Assembly: GCA_951406725.2 (NCBI GenBank)
Contig: OX597816.1
Span: 81,344,001-81,408,000, forward strand
Direction of reading: 5' to 3'
DNA: 64,000 nt
Source: Octopus vulgaris
Taxonomy: Eukaryota
The position numbers and the translations under genes were made by a program. Positions 13,063 to 27,144 of the stretch are shown one piece after another. Numbering within the stretch: position 1 is the stretch's first letter; every line of letters begins with the position of its first letter. The notes under the pieces are model-generated. The model was not told the DNA's origin and ran no database searches. It worked only from the letters and a program-made list of their open reading frames with translations.

Positions 13063-14080
13063 ACGAGGAGCCACTAAACCCTGTATTTATATAGATTAAC
13101 CATGAGTTATTGTTGATTTGGTATATCGTGATAAATGCAATTAAAATCTGCCTATATAGCTTCAAATCAACGCGGTATTGTAAGACGTCGGCCTATACTG
13201 TGCTCACACAGGTCACAAGAGTTTGACACATGTATTCCACGGTGTCTATTTACAGTTTGTGTGTAGTGATCTATTTGGGCGTAAAATATGACAATGCAAA
13301 CAGTGCATTACTTTAGTTGAAATGCAATCCCTCAGACCTTTGGGCGCTTGTTTGAGATATTTTCAACTTTGTCATTTGCAACACTCTGTTACAGCCAGCA
13401 CCAGTAAAATAAATTGTCAAATTATTGACCTTCCGTGAATATAAAGATCCATCTGTGAGCTATCAGATTCTATAGACTTCATATAGAGGTAGAAATGCTA
13501 TTTGTAATTAAATATATATCGCAATAGCGATAATAGTGCAGTCATAACAAGTCTGCTGTGAGCTTTCAGTTCATGCAAACCCCACACTGCATTGCATTAT
13601 GTTACAGATATCAAATTTATGGTACAAAGGCGTAGTTTTTAGGGAGGGAAAGAACAATTGACTAAATCGCCCCTAAAGCGTGACTGGTACTTATTTTATC
13701 AAATCCGGAAGATCATAGTTATACTACCGGCAAGTAATTCTTATGACCTTACTTAAGTGAGGATTTGAATCCCTAAATGGAAACTAGCGTCATTTTCAAC
13801 AGTGCTTACTACAAAGCTTACAGTAATGGCCTGTGTACTACCTTGTGGTATCCACTCACATACAGCACGGTGAACTAAATCTTCGAGAGCTGAGCGTTGG
13901 ATCTCCGATTTCTTATTATGGCGGTGGATAGGGAGATTTAGTTGCAGACGTTTTATGACCTGATTTTGAGGTTGACTTTGCCTTTTATCCGTCCGACTTC
14001 AATAAAATAAAGAACCTGTCTAGTACTGGGAACGATTCATATCCCTATAAAGTTTTGTAGATAGGAATAGAATTATAATG

Positions 14081-14290
14081 GTTTCAAATTTTGGCACAAG
14101 GTCAGCAAAAGTGAAGGAGGGGGTAAGTTGATTACGTCAACACCAGTATTCAACTAGTACTTATTTTATCGACCCAGAAAGGATGAAAGACAAAGTTGAG
14201 CTTCGTAGAATTTGAATCTAAAAGGTAAAGAACCAGAAGAAATTCTATTAATTTATTACTAGAGACTTGATTACTATTCTACCAACTCAC
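14081..14290 (-). mobile_element. SINE family 2 copy
   Basis: Plus strand GTTTCAAATTTTGGCACAAGG..TTATTTTATCGACCCAGAAAGGATGAAAGACAAAGTTGA is the reverse complement of the family 3' end and body. Confidence 0.75.
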
Positions 14291-17200
14291 TGAAGTTATT
14301 GTGAATGGAATCGAAGAAAAGAATTGTTAATAGAATAGAAGAACGCTGACGCCTTAGCCATCTGCAGCTCAACATAATATTCCGTTTATAATATCACAAA
14401 AGCGAGTGAAGGATGGTGTAACCAGGTGAAGTATGGAAGAATGTGCAGAGTCCATGATCCATGGAGACCCTCTATGACTGGTGAGATTGATGTTGTTGAT
14501 GTTCTGCTTAAACTATTACAGGTTAACACCAGCAAAAGAGACATGATTAGTGAGGAGATATCAGTGAGGAGGAAGAAGGAATCGGGATAGTTGTTAGTGC
14601 GGGAAGAATAATAGAAAGAGAGATGTGTGGTTCGGGGATGCCTTGTGATGATGATACTATACCAACCAGATCCGATGAGCAGAGGACAACATGAAGTATG
14701 GTATAACAAGTGAAATGATAAAGCGATATTTGGTTATGACCTTCTGTGTTCGGAGTTCAAATCACACTAAAGTCGAGTTTTCTTTGCATTTTTCCATGGT
14801 CAATAAACTAAAATCCATTAATCGACCACCCTCCTTCCATAAAATTACTGCCATTGTGCCTATGCTCGAATCATTTTATCAAAAATACGGAAAAACATCT
14901 TCAGCGTATATTACAGACTGTATTACACCATAATCTATGTTAATTATCGAAATATACAAAGTTATACTAGAGTCAAAGCACATTTACAATATTGAACAAG
15001 TTTTGGTTTTATTTTTACTTGTCTTTTTGTTTTATTATTACTATTACTTTTTTTTTTTCATTTGTTCGTTTCGATTATATTACGATGCTGAAATCATGTA
15101 CAAACAGAAGAACATTTGCTTTTGGTATCATTAAAAATATTCGTTTGATGCTGATGTTGATGTTAACCAAAACGAAAGCAAAAGTTCAAATCTTTTTCTT
15201 TGTGATGATGTTGGTTTACATTCGAAGCTTTAACTTTATAGCAATATATGCGTCGCATTCATAAGTCAGTTCCATAAATAAAGTGTCAACATCGCCTTGA
15301 AGATTTCTTTGATGTCTCACTCGACAGCGTCTATAATATTTCAGACAAGCTACAAAGGATTAACAGATCTATATTTATTCACCTTTCTTTTGAGATCGAT
15401 CGTTCAGACAGATGTGCTCACACACACATACACACACCCAAACACACACACACACAAACATGCACGCACGCACACACATACACACACACACACACATAAT
15501 TACGCACGCATGCGCACACGCAGACACACACACACACATGCACAGACATATATGGATAGATCTACATGCACATATGCTTACATACACGTTCACGCATAGA
15601 TACATACACGATATATATATATATATGTGTGTGTGTATGCCTGTGAGCATGTATACATACATCTGTATACATCTCTAGACATAAGTAGCATACATAGAAA
15701 GGAAATGAATAATTAATGGTAACACAACAGAAATATATATTTATAAATACATTAAATCATATATATATATGTGTGTGTGTGTGCACAGATACACACACAC
15801 GCATACATGCTTATACAAGATACATAAATAAACACGTGAAAGTATATAGATAACAGGTAGATATATAATATTTGCATGTGTGTATGTGTGCATACATAAA
15901 TTAGTTTATACACAATCGAACAAAAACGGTCTGTTAAAGTGTAAACAAGTAAAAACAACCTGTCATTTGTCAACGATTGCTAAATTAGAAAACCAAAATA
16001 TATAATATTGTGGCAAAAAAAGAAGTAGGTGTGGGGGTACCCTTTATCAATTATGTTTTGCTACAGCTCATCTGTTTGATGGAGCTGCAACACTGGATCA
16101 ATTAAAGACTAAAACTAAGAACCTGGCATCTGGAATGCTATCAGACACCTATAGCCCTCTACCAGCCAGGCAATAAAGCTATAGGTACTTAAACGTAGCT
16201 TCTTTATATGAGTCAAGAGGCGAAGAAGAGTGACACAAGTTGATCTGCTCTGAAGGACTTTCAAACTGGAATTCCTAGGAACAGCAGGGTTACCGGTGGT
16301 TTCATGGCTGGTTCGAGATGAAATCTATAGGCATGGAAGAACCGTCAGCTGAAAAGCAAGTCTAAGAGACGAAACTACTCTCTACGCACTCATTTAGTAT
16401 CCGGGCATCGAAGACATAAAGACATTTACCAAAAAGTTGTTGCTTCGTATAGGGTAGATCCGACTGTTGCGTGAGTACATCGTGATGATTACCATTTGGC
16501 TTTTCTTTCACCGAGAAAGGCAGGCAGTTTTCTTGTTTTTGTTTTTTTTTCAACTATGGCGAAAACATATGTATGGCAGACGTACCTGAACGAACTTGGG
16601 ACATTATTTTCCCTTCGGTCAATCATTCTAGTGTTTTCAAGGTCCATATAGAGGAGATGGTGGGTTGAAGTGAAAGGCGCTACTCTCCAATAAATTTATT
16701 CAAAGATGGGCGAATAATATTAGACATAGCCCGAGGGAATGGGCCTACTTTGAGTACGTTTCTATGGCCCAAAAGGTACAACTGAAAGGGCATATACTCT
16801 TAGGAGCCAAGGGAATCCTGGACAATTAGAGTTTCTTGATTGGTTCAAGATGGTTTTTCCCTGATATTGGAGATTTTTTCTAAGTTTTTATCTTATTTGT
16901 TGTTGTTACTTTCTTTTTAACTTGATGTAAACTGTTGTTCTATCATGTCCTTGTATGTTCCCTCAAATACTGCTCCACCACTAAATCAAAAATTACCTTG
17001 TGCCTTCTCAAAAAAAATAAAAAACAGAATTAGAACACATTCTCTGAAACTGAATATCTTCTCCTAAACCTATTAACTAATTTTCAGATCAAAAAATAAT
17101 GTAGTGTGTCTTTTACACCTCTACAAAGTTAACTAATAAATTCAAACTTCAGGTCACATAGTAACCAAACTTCAAGACTTGTGAGAATTAATGAGGTCTA

Positions 17201-18894
17201 AATAGATTATTGTTGATTTTTTGTTATTTATTTGTCTTGTACCTGTTTTTATAAAATATAATTTTAATTAAAAGCCTCATCGGATAATTGCTTCTCAATA
17301 ATTCACTCATGTTTAATGATATACACACGGATCACCAGCACGTTTTACTTCATAAACTGCTCTTGTATCTCTGGACAAATCTAAAAGCAGAGATGACAGA
17401 CTCATAACAAATCATATCCAATTATGAAACAGAAAACCATGGTTAGTTGTTTTAGCTATTTGTTTACCTTAACGGTAACTAATTAACGCAAGTGTGCACT
17501 ATTTATGGCCTCGGATGAAAGCATCGTTGGAGATCATCACAAATTGTGTTTAGTAATGAATTCCTAACCAAGACTTTAGCGATAAAAACCGTTGCTCGGC
17601 GATATATTTGTACCTGAATTACTGTTTTGACAAGAAAACAAAAGCAATAATACACTCAGTGGTAAACCTAATTTGTCTCATATATATACACACCACAATC
17701 TAGTTCCCGGTACCTTTTTTTGCATTCATTCGGACTAGGCCTCCAATCTGGTATCTTGGTGGGCAACTTCCTGCAGCAGAAACCCAAGTGAAGCATTTGT
17801 TCTCTCTTCCCTCCGTCTCCATATCCATGGAGATATTGTAACTTTGCACTTACTCTTTTGATTAAGCTATAGAAAAAAAAGTCGAGGAGGAACACTGCAA
17901 AATATGTATGGTGGACGCGCCTCAACGAACTTGGGACGTTATTTTCCCTTCGGCCAAGCACTCTAGTGTTTTCAAGGTCCATATAGCGATGGTGGATTGA
18001 AGTGAAAGACGCTACTCTCCAATAGATTTATTCAAAGATGGGAGAATAATATCAGCCATAGCCCGAGAGAAGGTTATGTCGGACTGAGACAGTTCAATTC
18101 TTTTCCGAACTACTAAGTACAACCAAATTGCACTACAGCAAGGTTTAAGATATGCTAAATGGTTATTGAGCGAAATACAGATTGAAACTTTGAACACGTT
18201 TGTCGTAAGCATATGCTTGCACTTCAGCGTTTGTGAATACATAATATCAATTTAACATACATTTGTTGACACCAGCGTGTGTATGACAGTGCATGCAAGG
18301 GTGTATTTTCCTGTATAGTATGAAAGTCATTATATAAAAATGCTAAAACTCCGCGTTGTGTGTATCCATAAACAAACACACACATACACGTACAAAGTCG
18401 AAAGTAAATCGAAAATTTAACTTGTTAATTCATTGACAATACTCACACACACACACACACGCACGCATACCAGCACACAAGGAAAAATCATTAAACATTT
18501 CTTGGATGTTTAACAGATAACACCAATGGTTAAATGTGCAAAATGTTCGATTACTAAGTAAATATTTATAACCAGAATTAATTTATCATTTCGCGATATT
18601 TATTGTAAATATTTAGCCATGCTGTTTGTATACCATGCATACTTGTTTATATGTATACTTGGTTATATTAGCGAATACATTCATTAAGTAACTTCTAGCA
18701 TTTCAAGGTTATATTGATTTCTGTTCACTCGATGCAATATTGCAAAACCATTACGCAGAGTGGGTGTGAATAAGGATTACATGACGTCCAATTACTTTCT
18801 TTAACGTATAATTAAAATGGTATTGATACAGGAATCGAAACCTGTACATGTATTCTGATTTTCGGAGGATTATCCTTTGCACTCTTTATTACTT

Positions 18895-19043
<149 letters not shown>

Positions 19044-19501
19044 CTCTCATTAGCTGTCTTATTACACCAGTACCAAGTTAATTTCAGTCTTCGTCTGCCC
19101 TGTGCTGTGTGACCAGCTGTACCATCTATAAACATTCAGCTAGGAACCTTAAAAATAGCACACAAACATATTATATACAAAGAAATGTATTACCCGAATA
19201 TGACACCTCTTTTACACCTCTGTTGTCATGTTTGACTCGAACCATAAGCAATATCAAAATTCCCATTTTAAACTAAAATAAATCTCGTCACCATGCCTTC
19301 CTATCAACCCACACCCTACAAATACATACTTTCCTACTATCTTCCTCTATTCCCCTACCCCATCCCACACAAATACTTCCTCTGTCTACCTACACCTGTT
19401 TTAAAGACTATATAAAGTCAGAAGGAACCAAAGTAAATCACAGTCTGATGACACCGAATCAGCAGAAACTTTGAAGTCCTTTTCGACTATTTATCTGTTA
19501 A

Positions 19502-19548
<47 letters not shown>

Positions 19549-19819
19549 TTTTCATTAGTTGAGCATTAACTCTATTGTTACTCGGATGGCACAAGAGATA
19601 TATGTATTCAACCAAATAATGTATTGTGAACACGCCGTATTCACAATGTCTTATGTAGGCAATTTCATTAGTCAGAACAGTTACATGTTGCAAACTGGAA
19701 ATGGCAATTGTATTTTCAACGTTATATATCTTAAAATTAGAAGCAATGAGACAACAACACTGGAAAGGCTGCATCATCGTTATTAAATAGCTTTGTGGTA
19801 TTGAAAACAAACCATCTTA

Positions 19820-20560
19820 CAGATTTCCCTAATTTAATATTGTAGATATTTATTCATCAATCTCTAAATCCTTTCTCGTGGAACCCTTGGATTTCGGAAG
19901 AGGATTTAATAAAATTAGCAATCTAAATATTAGGATAATAATATACGATACGAAGCCACTGTCATAGTACAAAGATTCCTGCTGAGCGAAAAACATGACT
20001 CTTGTTCAACGTTTTCATGGGACAGCTATGATGTAGCTGAGATTGCAGATTTCGGGGGCTGTTTATCTTTGATATCCTCAGAAAGCTCAACCATTTCGTT
20101 CCCCCTTATCTCTAAACTGTATCGGGATGACGGTTTAGCAATCTCATGCAATAGGACTGGCCACATTATAAACAAATTTAAAAAGAGTCTTTATAGGAAT
20201 GTTTAAGGAGCATATTTAAACGCAATACTTAACCAACTTTGTAAAGATAACACTAAATTTATATGCAAGCAAACACTACTTTTACAGTAACAACTAGAAG
20301 TGTCTTGAACGAGAAGATAATGTGCGTAGAGACCATTCTACCTCCTCGAAATCAGACTAGAACAAGGGAGGTGAAAGTGGTCTGGATTAATTAATCATAT
20401 AATTCAGTTGTTCCTATGTATACAGCCAGGAAATTTTTAACTGTAGTAAATGAACACTTGTCATCGATATGCAAGTACAATAGATTTTCCATTGCTCATA
20501 ATGCTGACGGCATCTATTCCCTCCAGGATAACATTACTTCACAGACCGCACAGAATAACC
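19820..20560 (+). pseudogene. Decayed Penelope-like reverse transcriptase
   Basis: Remnants of FDIVDFYPSIS (~19835), MGSYDxAEIxD (~20017-20050), LYRDDGLAI (20117-20143) and TARKFLTVVNEH (~20420), a PLE thumb-region motif. Frameshifted. Confidence 0.65.
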
Positions 20561-21142
20561 TAAAACATAAAACAATACATTCTTCACCAAATCCCTATAC
20601 CAGCCCACTCAGTTATCTTTCCAAAACAGTGATATGTCAAGAATCTTCAATATCTCCAGGAAGGTATCAAAAAAAGATTATTTCGAGCTCACTTCGAATA
20701 GTTTTAAAGGAAGTTATATCAGCATATATATTCATTTAGGTCAAGGAACCGAGAAAACTCTATCTTTCTATCTCATTTCGTCTAAAAGTTCAGGCACCGA
20801 GGATTTGAATGAGTCTCAAAATGGAGATTCATTGATGAATCCAGTCCATATTTCACTGGATTACTGAACAGCTATATTTGTTAACTAAGAAGTTGCAGAT
20901 ATTAAAGTAGTCAAGAGTTGTAATATTATCAAATTTCCGTCCTCTGAGTATGTTCTTCAAGTAGAGCTATCAAGTGCTTAAACATCCGAAGCCTATTAAC
21001 TCAAAGTCATAGCACTCAAACCTAACGAACATCTCGGGCTCACATTAGTTACTCTTCCGTTATCATAAGACTGAATTCTGTAGTCTCTATTATTACTCTG
21101 TACACCAAAGCAGTTTCGCCAGCTATACTCTTAACCTCTGGA

Positions 21143-22363
21143 CACAGACATGACAGCAGTAAATAGACACTCCATAAAACATCGTTTTATGTTTATTCTA
21201 GCTCGTAATGGTTTATATCTTTTATTAATTAACATTTTTCTGCTTCAGATTCTATATGTGACTGTTTAATTATTTCATGTACAAAAGAAGCCTTCGAACT
21301 ATCTGAATTTCAAAGAGGCCGTACTGGGTCATTCTGAAGGTAGACATAGCGTAAAATCGCAGAAAACCTTAGGATCCCGCTTTCTACAATTTGTAGTGAT
21401 TGTGCAATTCACGAGAGAAGAGAAGGAGTCCACATAACCTCGCCCAGATCAACCAGGGCCCTTTGACAGGACCCTACACTTGGTTAAGAGAAGCGTGGAG
21501 GATAATCCTCATTGCAAGGCCTCTGACATAGCAGAACAAGTTGATGTCAGTCCCAGAACAGCTGTCAAATATCTCCACAAACTCGGTTACTATGGCAGAG
21601 CAGCAAGAAGGAAGCCACTTCTTCGACCAGCCAACATCAAGTGGAGAAAAGATTGGACCATTCAGATGATGGAGTGGCCGCTCGCATTTTGGGACACTGT
21701 CATATTCTCTGATGAATCCAGATTTGCTCTGTTTACTGACAGTGGTCGAATGTGGGTCTGGAGACTGTGATCAAGAATTTGATGCGAAAAGATTACAGCC
21801 AACAATAAAATACGGCAGCTATTCTGTGATGGTCTGGGGAGCAATTTGGAGCACTAGTTGATCAGAGCTGGTGGAGTGTGGTAGAAACACAAACTCAGAT
21901 AAATATGAGTCCATATTGCTGAAATGATTCCTTTCAATCTTCTCCAGTGTTGAAATGATTAAAGATTCTTTATTTATGGAAGATGGGGCTCCTTGTCACA
22001 AGGCTAAAATGACACGAGATTTGTTGATAAGAATGGCATTAAAAAGCTTCCATGACCAAGCCAGTTAGCAGATATGAACCCTATTGAACACCTCTGGGAC
22101 ATAATGGACAAGAAATTTCATAAAAAGAACAAGAAAGCATCTTCACAGCCATATCTTTTGGGATTACCGCACGAAACTTAGCAAGAAATTCTGCAAGAGA
22201 ATATTCATCATCTGACCATTGCATTGAAAAATGCAAAGGGCATGTCTACTAAATATTAAATATTCATATTTTAACTATTAATAAAACATTTGAATGTATA
22301 ATTTCAGATTTAAATAAATTTTGATGATTATAAAAATGTTTATTTACTTCTGTCATTTCTGTG
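21143..22363 (+). mobile_element. Full-length decayed Tc1 (DD34E) element with TIRs
   Basis: TIR CACAGACATGACAGCAGTAAATAGACA / TGTTTATTTACTTCTGTCATTTCTGTG, followed by TA at 22364-65. Confidence 0.85.
21277..22259 (+). pseudogene. Tc1 transposase pseudogene
   Basis: [55 protein letters not shown]-to-E spacing is 34 after allowing a 1-nt frameshift; several stops. Confidence 0.9.
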
Positions 22364-22547
22364 TATATTCGAGCACATAATTCAACTTCAACCAATAAGA
22401 ATCAATCTTCGTACGTTGCAGATAGCATTATTCATTATTGACTAATTACACGTATACTTTACGTGTGGGAAAATCCGAGTAACAATAGAGCAACTCACCC
22501 AAAAATTGTTAGTAAATAAGAACTCTATACCATGTGTCCAGTGATTT

Positions 22548-22930
22548 TCACTCATGCTTGTAAACACGAGTCAAACGGTTTTCTTGTGTCTTTTCAGACG
22601 TGAATTGGCCTATCCTCGGTACATACGACTTGTGTAGAATGTCCTCGTGTACGGTTCTGATAGTCCATTCCCACACGTAAAGTTCTTTGGTGATGACTCT
22701 CATTGATTTTTCAGGGTCATCATTGATAATGTTTGAAACCTGCTGGATGAATAGCAGTGCCCTTATAATGTCCAAACGTTTAATTGTTTTCTTTTGTTTT
22801 CTCTTTCTCTTTGATACAGTTGAAACATTCCCGGCTGCAGCTACAGACTTGACAATTTCTAAATCGTTGTGTTCTGCACACACTGTATCAATGACTACAT
22901 GCTTCTCATTTTTTATGTTAACATTTCATC
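22548..22930 (-). pseudogene. N-terminal fragment of a Tc1/mariner-superfamily (maT/DD37D-like) transposase
   Basis: IINDDPEKSMRVITKELYVWEWTIRTVHEDILHKSY..GQFTSEKTQENRLTR (HTH region); no catalytic domain. Confidence 0.6.
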
Positions 22931-22964
22931 AGCTATGGTGGATATGAAAGAAGTGAAAACATTT

Positions 22965-23540
22965 TAATTGGTTTGAAAGCGTCTGACAAGATTGATCATG
23001 GAGTCATCTGTCATAAGTTAAGGGATTTTGATATCACAGAAGAACTCGGGGAATGACCCTTTGACATCCTACGAGATAGGAGTCAATCTGTTGCAGCAAA
23101 TGGTTTTCTCTCTGATAAGCCATCTGTAATAAGTGCTATAAGTCAGGGCACTGTTCTAGGAACCTTATTATTTATCATCACCTTATCAGGCGCAGATCAC
23201 AAGTGCACTCGGCCAGCCTAACAAGTTACACCGATGACACAAAAATATCGAAATGTCTATCCAAATTTCTGAACATACCGTCACACTCCAAAATGAGGTA
23301 AACTTCATTTATCAATAGGCAGATAAAAACAATATGAAATTTAATATATCAAAATTTTAAGGTCTTCATAATGGAGGGAATACACACAAATCACAATATT
23401 TGACACCAGATAACACAATAACATGGCAAATGCTACATCTTTCTTCAGCCACATCACCAAACACACCTCTGTCTAAATGCAGACATCTCATGGGATGGAT
23501 CCTACGAGCCTTCGTGACAAAAGAACCGGCGCTACCGCTA
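22965..23540 (+). pseudogene. CR1-type LINE reverse-transcriptase fragment
   Basis: KAxDKIDHGVICHK (~22977), QGTVLGTLLFII (~23145), SYTDDTKI (~23225, the YADD equivalent). Confidence 0.75.
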
Positions 23541-23881
23541 TAAGTATTAAAAGAATACAAGGATATATTGATAATTAAGTATTCTCAAATATAACTCTCA
23601 TTCTGTATATATATATATATATATATTGTGTGTGTGTGTGTGTGTTGCAAGACCCCTATAAGCTTTGGAGAGAACCTGAAATAATGCATCTCGAAAGCTA
23701 TTCGTAATAGTATGTAAATATAGGGTCGGAAAACCATGTTGAATACGAAAATTTGAATGCAGCTTCCGACTTTTAACCAAAAGGGTTTTTCCACCAGTAC
23801 TTACATGCTATTATTGATACCTTTATGTGTGTGCTTCAAGATATACTCAAAAAGAATTACGCGTGTGTGTGTGTATTTGTG

Positions 23882-23974
<93 letters not shown>

Positions 23975-24152
23975 CACACACACACATTTCTGAGTTATTT
24001 CATCACCACAGAATAACTGTTCGGCTAGAGGTGGTGCTGCTAAATTCTTGTTCGAATAGATCTATTTTATTAGATCAGTGACTGTGTGTCACTTTGGAAA
24101 CTATATATTTCGAACAAGAACTTAGCAGCACCATCTCTAGCCAAACAGTTAG

Positions 24153-24197
24153 TCTGTGCTGATGAAAGGAAATAACCCAGAAATCGCGATACACAGA
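24153..24197 (+). ncRNA. Minimal type-I hammerhead ribozyme candidate
   Basis: Stem I TCTGTG (24153-58)/CACAGA (24192-97) is perfect; core CTGATGA (24159-65); weak stem II AAGG-aaataa-CCCA; GAAA (24180-83); palindromic stem III ATCGCGAT; NUH triplet AUA, predicted cut after 24191. Confidence 0.7.
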
Positions 24198-24442
24198 TAT
24201 TGTTTTGTGGTGAGTGAGGATGCTAAACTCCCTTGTTCGGAAATATACGAACACAGATAGTGTGTCGTATAGCCTGCTAGAGACGATGTTTCCTGGGGCT
24301 AAGTAGCAGTAGCATTCGTCCTAACCAGGACTGCCACGTTACGATGGCAAATGATTTTTACTCTAGAGTACTGTTACTGAATGTCTCTCGTTTAGAGACT
24401 TACAAATAACAATTTATACACACGCACACACACACACACACA

Positions 24443-24499
<57 letters not shown>

Positions 24500-24961
24500 A
24501 TGCCTTTACTTTTATACCGGATACGTTTCTGAACATGGGTATAAAAGCTGAATTTCCGAATATTGAATTATTGTATTACATATTAATTAGAGGGTTCCGT
24601 TTTCCTGAGAGCTAGGAATGTTGGAATGTACAAACCTTGAGTCATTGAATTACATCTTAATTAGCAAGTTCCGTTCTCATGTAAGTTACTATATTTATCT
24701 GCAGAATTGTGATGATCACATTAGTCCCTACGTCTTCTGCAAAGTCATTACAATAGTATCCAGTGTTGCCGCATACATCATAACGAAAGATCTACGAACT
24801 TTTGATAAAAGTCATTTCTTCTTAACTTGCCTTTCATCCGTCCACAAAGTGGGTACCTGTTGAGCACTAAATTCGACATAGTTGGCTCCCTCTTCATGAC
24901 TGATACCATGGGTCATTCGTTGATGGATGCTTTTGGTCAACAAAAGATTTTAGTTTATTTA

Positions 24962-25173
24962 TCTGCATGGCTCTGTGATTAAGAAGCTAGGTAGTTCGGT
25001 TTGCAACCACTTGATTTCAGGTTCAATACCACTGCGCTGCGCGGTACCTTGGGCGAGTGTTTTCAACAATAGCCTCGGATTGACCAATGCCTTGCGAGAG
25101 AATTTGGTCACGGAAACTGCTTGGAAGTCCGTCATATGTACTTGCATGTGTTTGTGAGTATGCTTGCGCGCGC

Positions 25174-25234
<61 letters not shown>

Positions 25235-25430
25235 TGTGTGTGCGTGTGTGCGTGTATGTTTGTCTTTATACCTGTGTTTGTCCCACTACCACTGCTGCCA
25301 GACAACCGACAAAATAAGTACCAGACTTTAAAAATTAATAGTGTGTATCAATCTTTTCGACTAAAGCCCTTCAAGGCGGTGCCTTACTGTGGCTGCAATC
25401 CAATGAGTAGAATAAATAAAAGATAAAGGA
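24962..25430 (+). mobile_element. tRNA-headed SINE (family 3) with internal (TG)n
   Basis: Head TGGCTCTGTGATTAAGAAGCT..GGTTCAATACCACTGCG..CCTTGGGC; tail AATAAGTACCAG..TTCGACTAAAG..AAGGCGGTG. Homologous to 57948-58382. Confidence 0.75.
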
Positions 25431-25623
25431 CTTGCTTATTACTGCGTGGGATAATATAAATATTTTTTTAAAGATGAAAATAAACTCACAATTTGGGAGC
25501 AATTCAATTTAAATTTTCAATCTTTTCGACAGTATTTGGAAAAATAGTAACAGTACATCCCAGTAAAATTTGTGTGTGTATGTGTGTGTGTATGTGTGTG
25601 TGTATGAGTGTATGTGTGCGTGC

Positions 25624-25662
<39 letters not shown>

Positions 25663-25911
25663 GATACATATTACAGAATGACGGGAATGCGTTCTTACAT
25701 TTCTTTTATTTCCCTATACACCTGTGTATTATTTTCAATGACTCATTCTCTGCACGCTTCAGCTTTTTGTCATTAATTCTTCGTGTCCTTCTTTCAAGTC
25801 CAATGCAACCAGGTAGAACATCGTATGAGTAACCAACACATGGGTGAAAAATTCAAGAAGTATGAGCTCAGTGAGGTTAAGATTAAAAACAAACTACATA
25901 CATTTTTAGCA

Positions 25912-25914
25912 GCT

Positions 25915-25984
<70 letters not shown>

Positions 25985-26097
25985 CAGCAGCAGCTGTAGT
26001 AGTAATAGTAGTAGTAGTAGTAGTATGGTGGTGGTGGTGGTGATGGTGATGGTGGTGGTGGTGGTGGTGGTGGTGGTGGTGGTGGTGGTGGTGGTGA

Positions 26098-26136
<39 letters not shown>

Positions 26137-26188
26137 AATGATGATCGTCGTCGTCGTTGTCATCGTCATCGTCGTCGTCGTCGTCGTC

Positions 26189-26252
<64 letters not shown>
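25912..26252. repeat. Compound trinucleotide array (GTA/GCA/GGT/GTC)n
   Basis: Read directly; explains the poly-V/L/T/P ORFs in the track. Confidence 0.95.
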
Positions 26253-26253
<1 letters not shown>

Positions 26254-26902
26254 TCAGTGGGTTGTGACGAGTAATAAAGAAAATAGTGATAGTGGCGTTG
26301 TGTGTGTTGGTGGGCATGAACATAAATATTTGTGGCGTTTTTGTATTAGTGTTGGTTATCCTATCTATGGATATGACATCTATCGCAGTAATATAATACA
26401 ACATGAGAGCCATTTCTTTTCCGACGAAGTAAGCCAACAGCAAAGTTTATTTTCAAACGTCATCATCGATCTAAACTTATGTTGTTTGTATTTTCAATAC
26501 GATTCGTGACGAGTTTGACTCTCACTAACCAGCCAACTCTGAGTTACTGGTGTTTCGTTAATCCTGTAGTTCTGAGTTCAGGACATTTTGTGTGTTTCGT
26601 TTGGATAGCAACAGTCTCTGTCAGACTAAATCATAAAACTGAAGAATACGTTTAGTCTCTGACCCAACGAATTATCAGCTTCACACAAACTTTCACACGC
26701 CTACGTGTAATGTGGTCCTATTTGTCTATCGCGTTTTGAATTACATATAAATGCGAAATGCCGTCATCGTTATGAGACCTGTCATCTGTATGTGTATTAT
26801 ATACATAGGCGCAAGCATGGCTGTGTGGATAAAATATTCGCTTTGCAACTATTTAGTTTCGCTTTCAATCCGACTGTGTGGCATCTTGGGTAAACGTTTT
26901 GT

Positions 26903-27144
26903 AAAAGTAAAGGTAAAGAACCTTCTCGAGTCATACCGACTCATAAAGGTGGGTTTTCCAGTTTCATGATGCATAAATGTTCTCCAACTGGAAGGGACGC
27001 CTTCTCATTTTGCCAGCTGAGTGACTGGAGCAACGTGAAATGAGGTGTTTTGCCTAAGAATACAACGCGTCACCAGGTCCGGGAATCGAAACTACAATCT
27101 TACGACCATGAGTCCAAAACCCTAACCATGAAGCCACACGCACC
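26903..27144 (-). mobile_element. tRNA-headed SINE related to family 1
   Basis: Reverse complement begins GGTGCGTGTGGCTTCATGGTTAGGG..GGACTCATGGTCGTAAGATTGTAGTTTCGATTCCCGGAC; homologous to 27357-27574. Confidence 0.75.
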
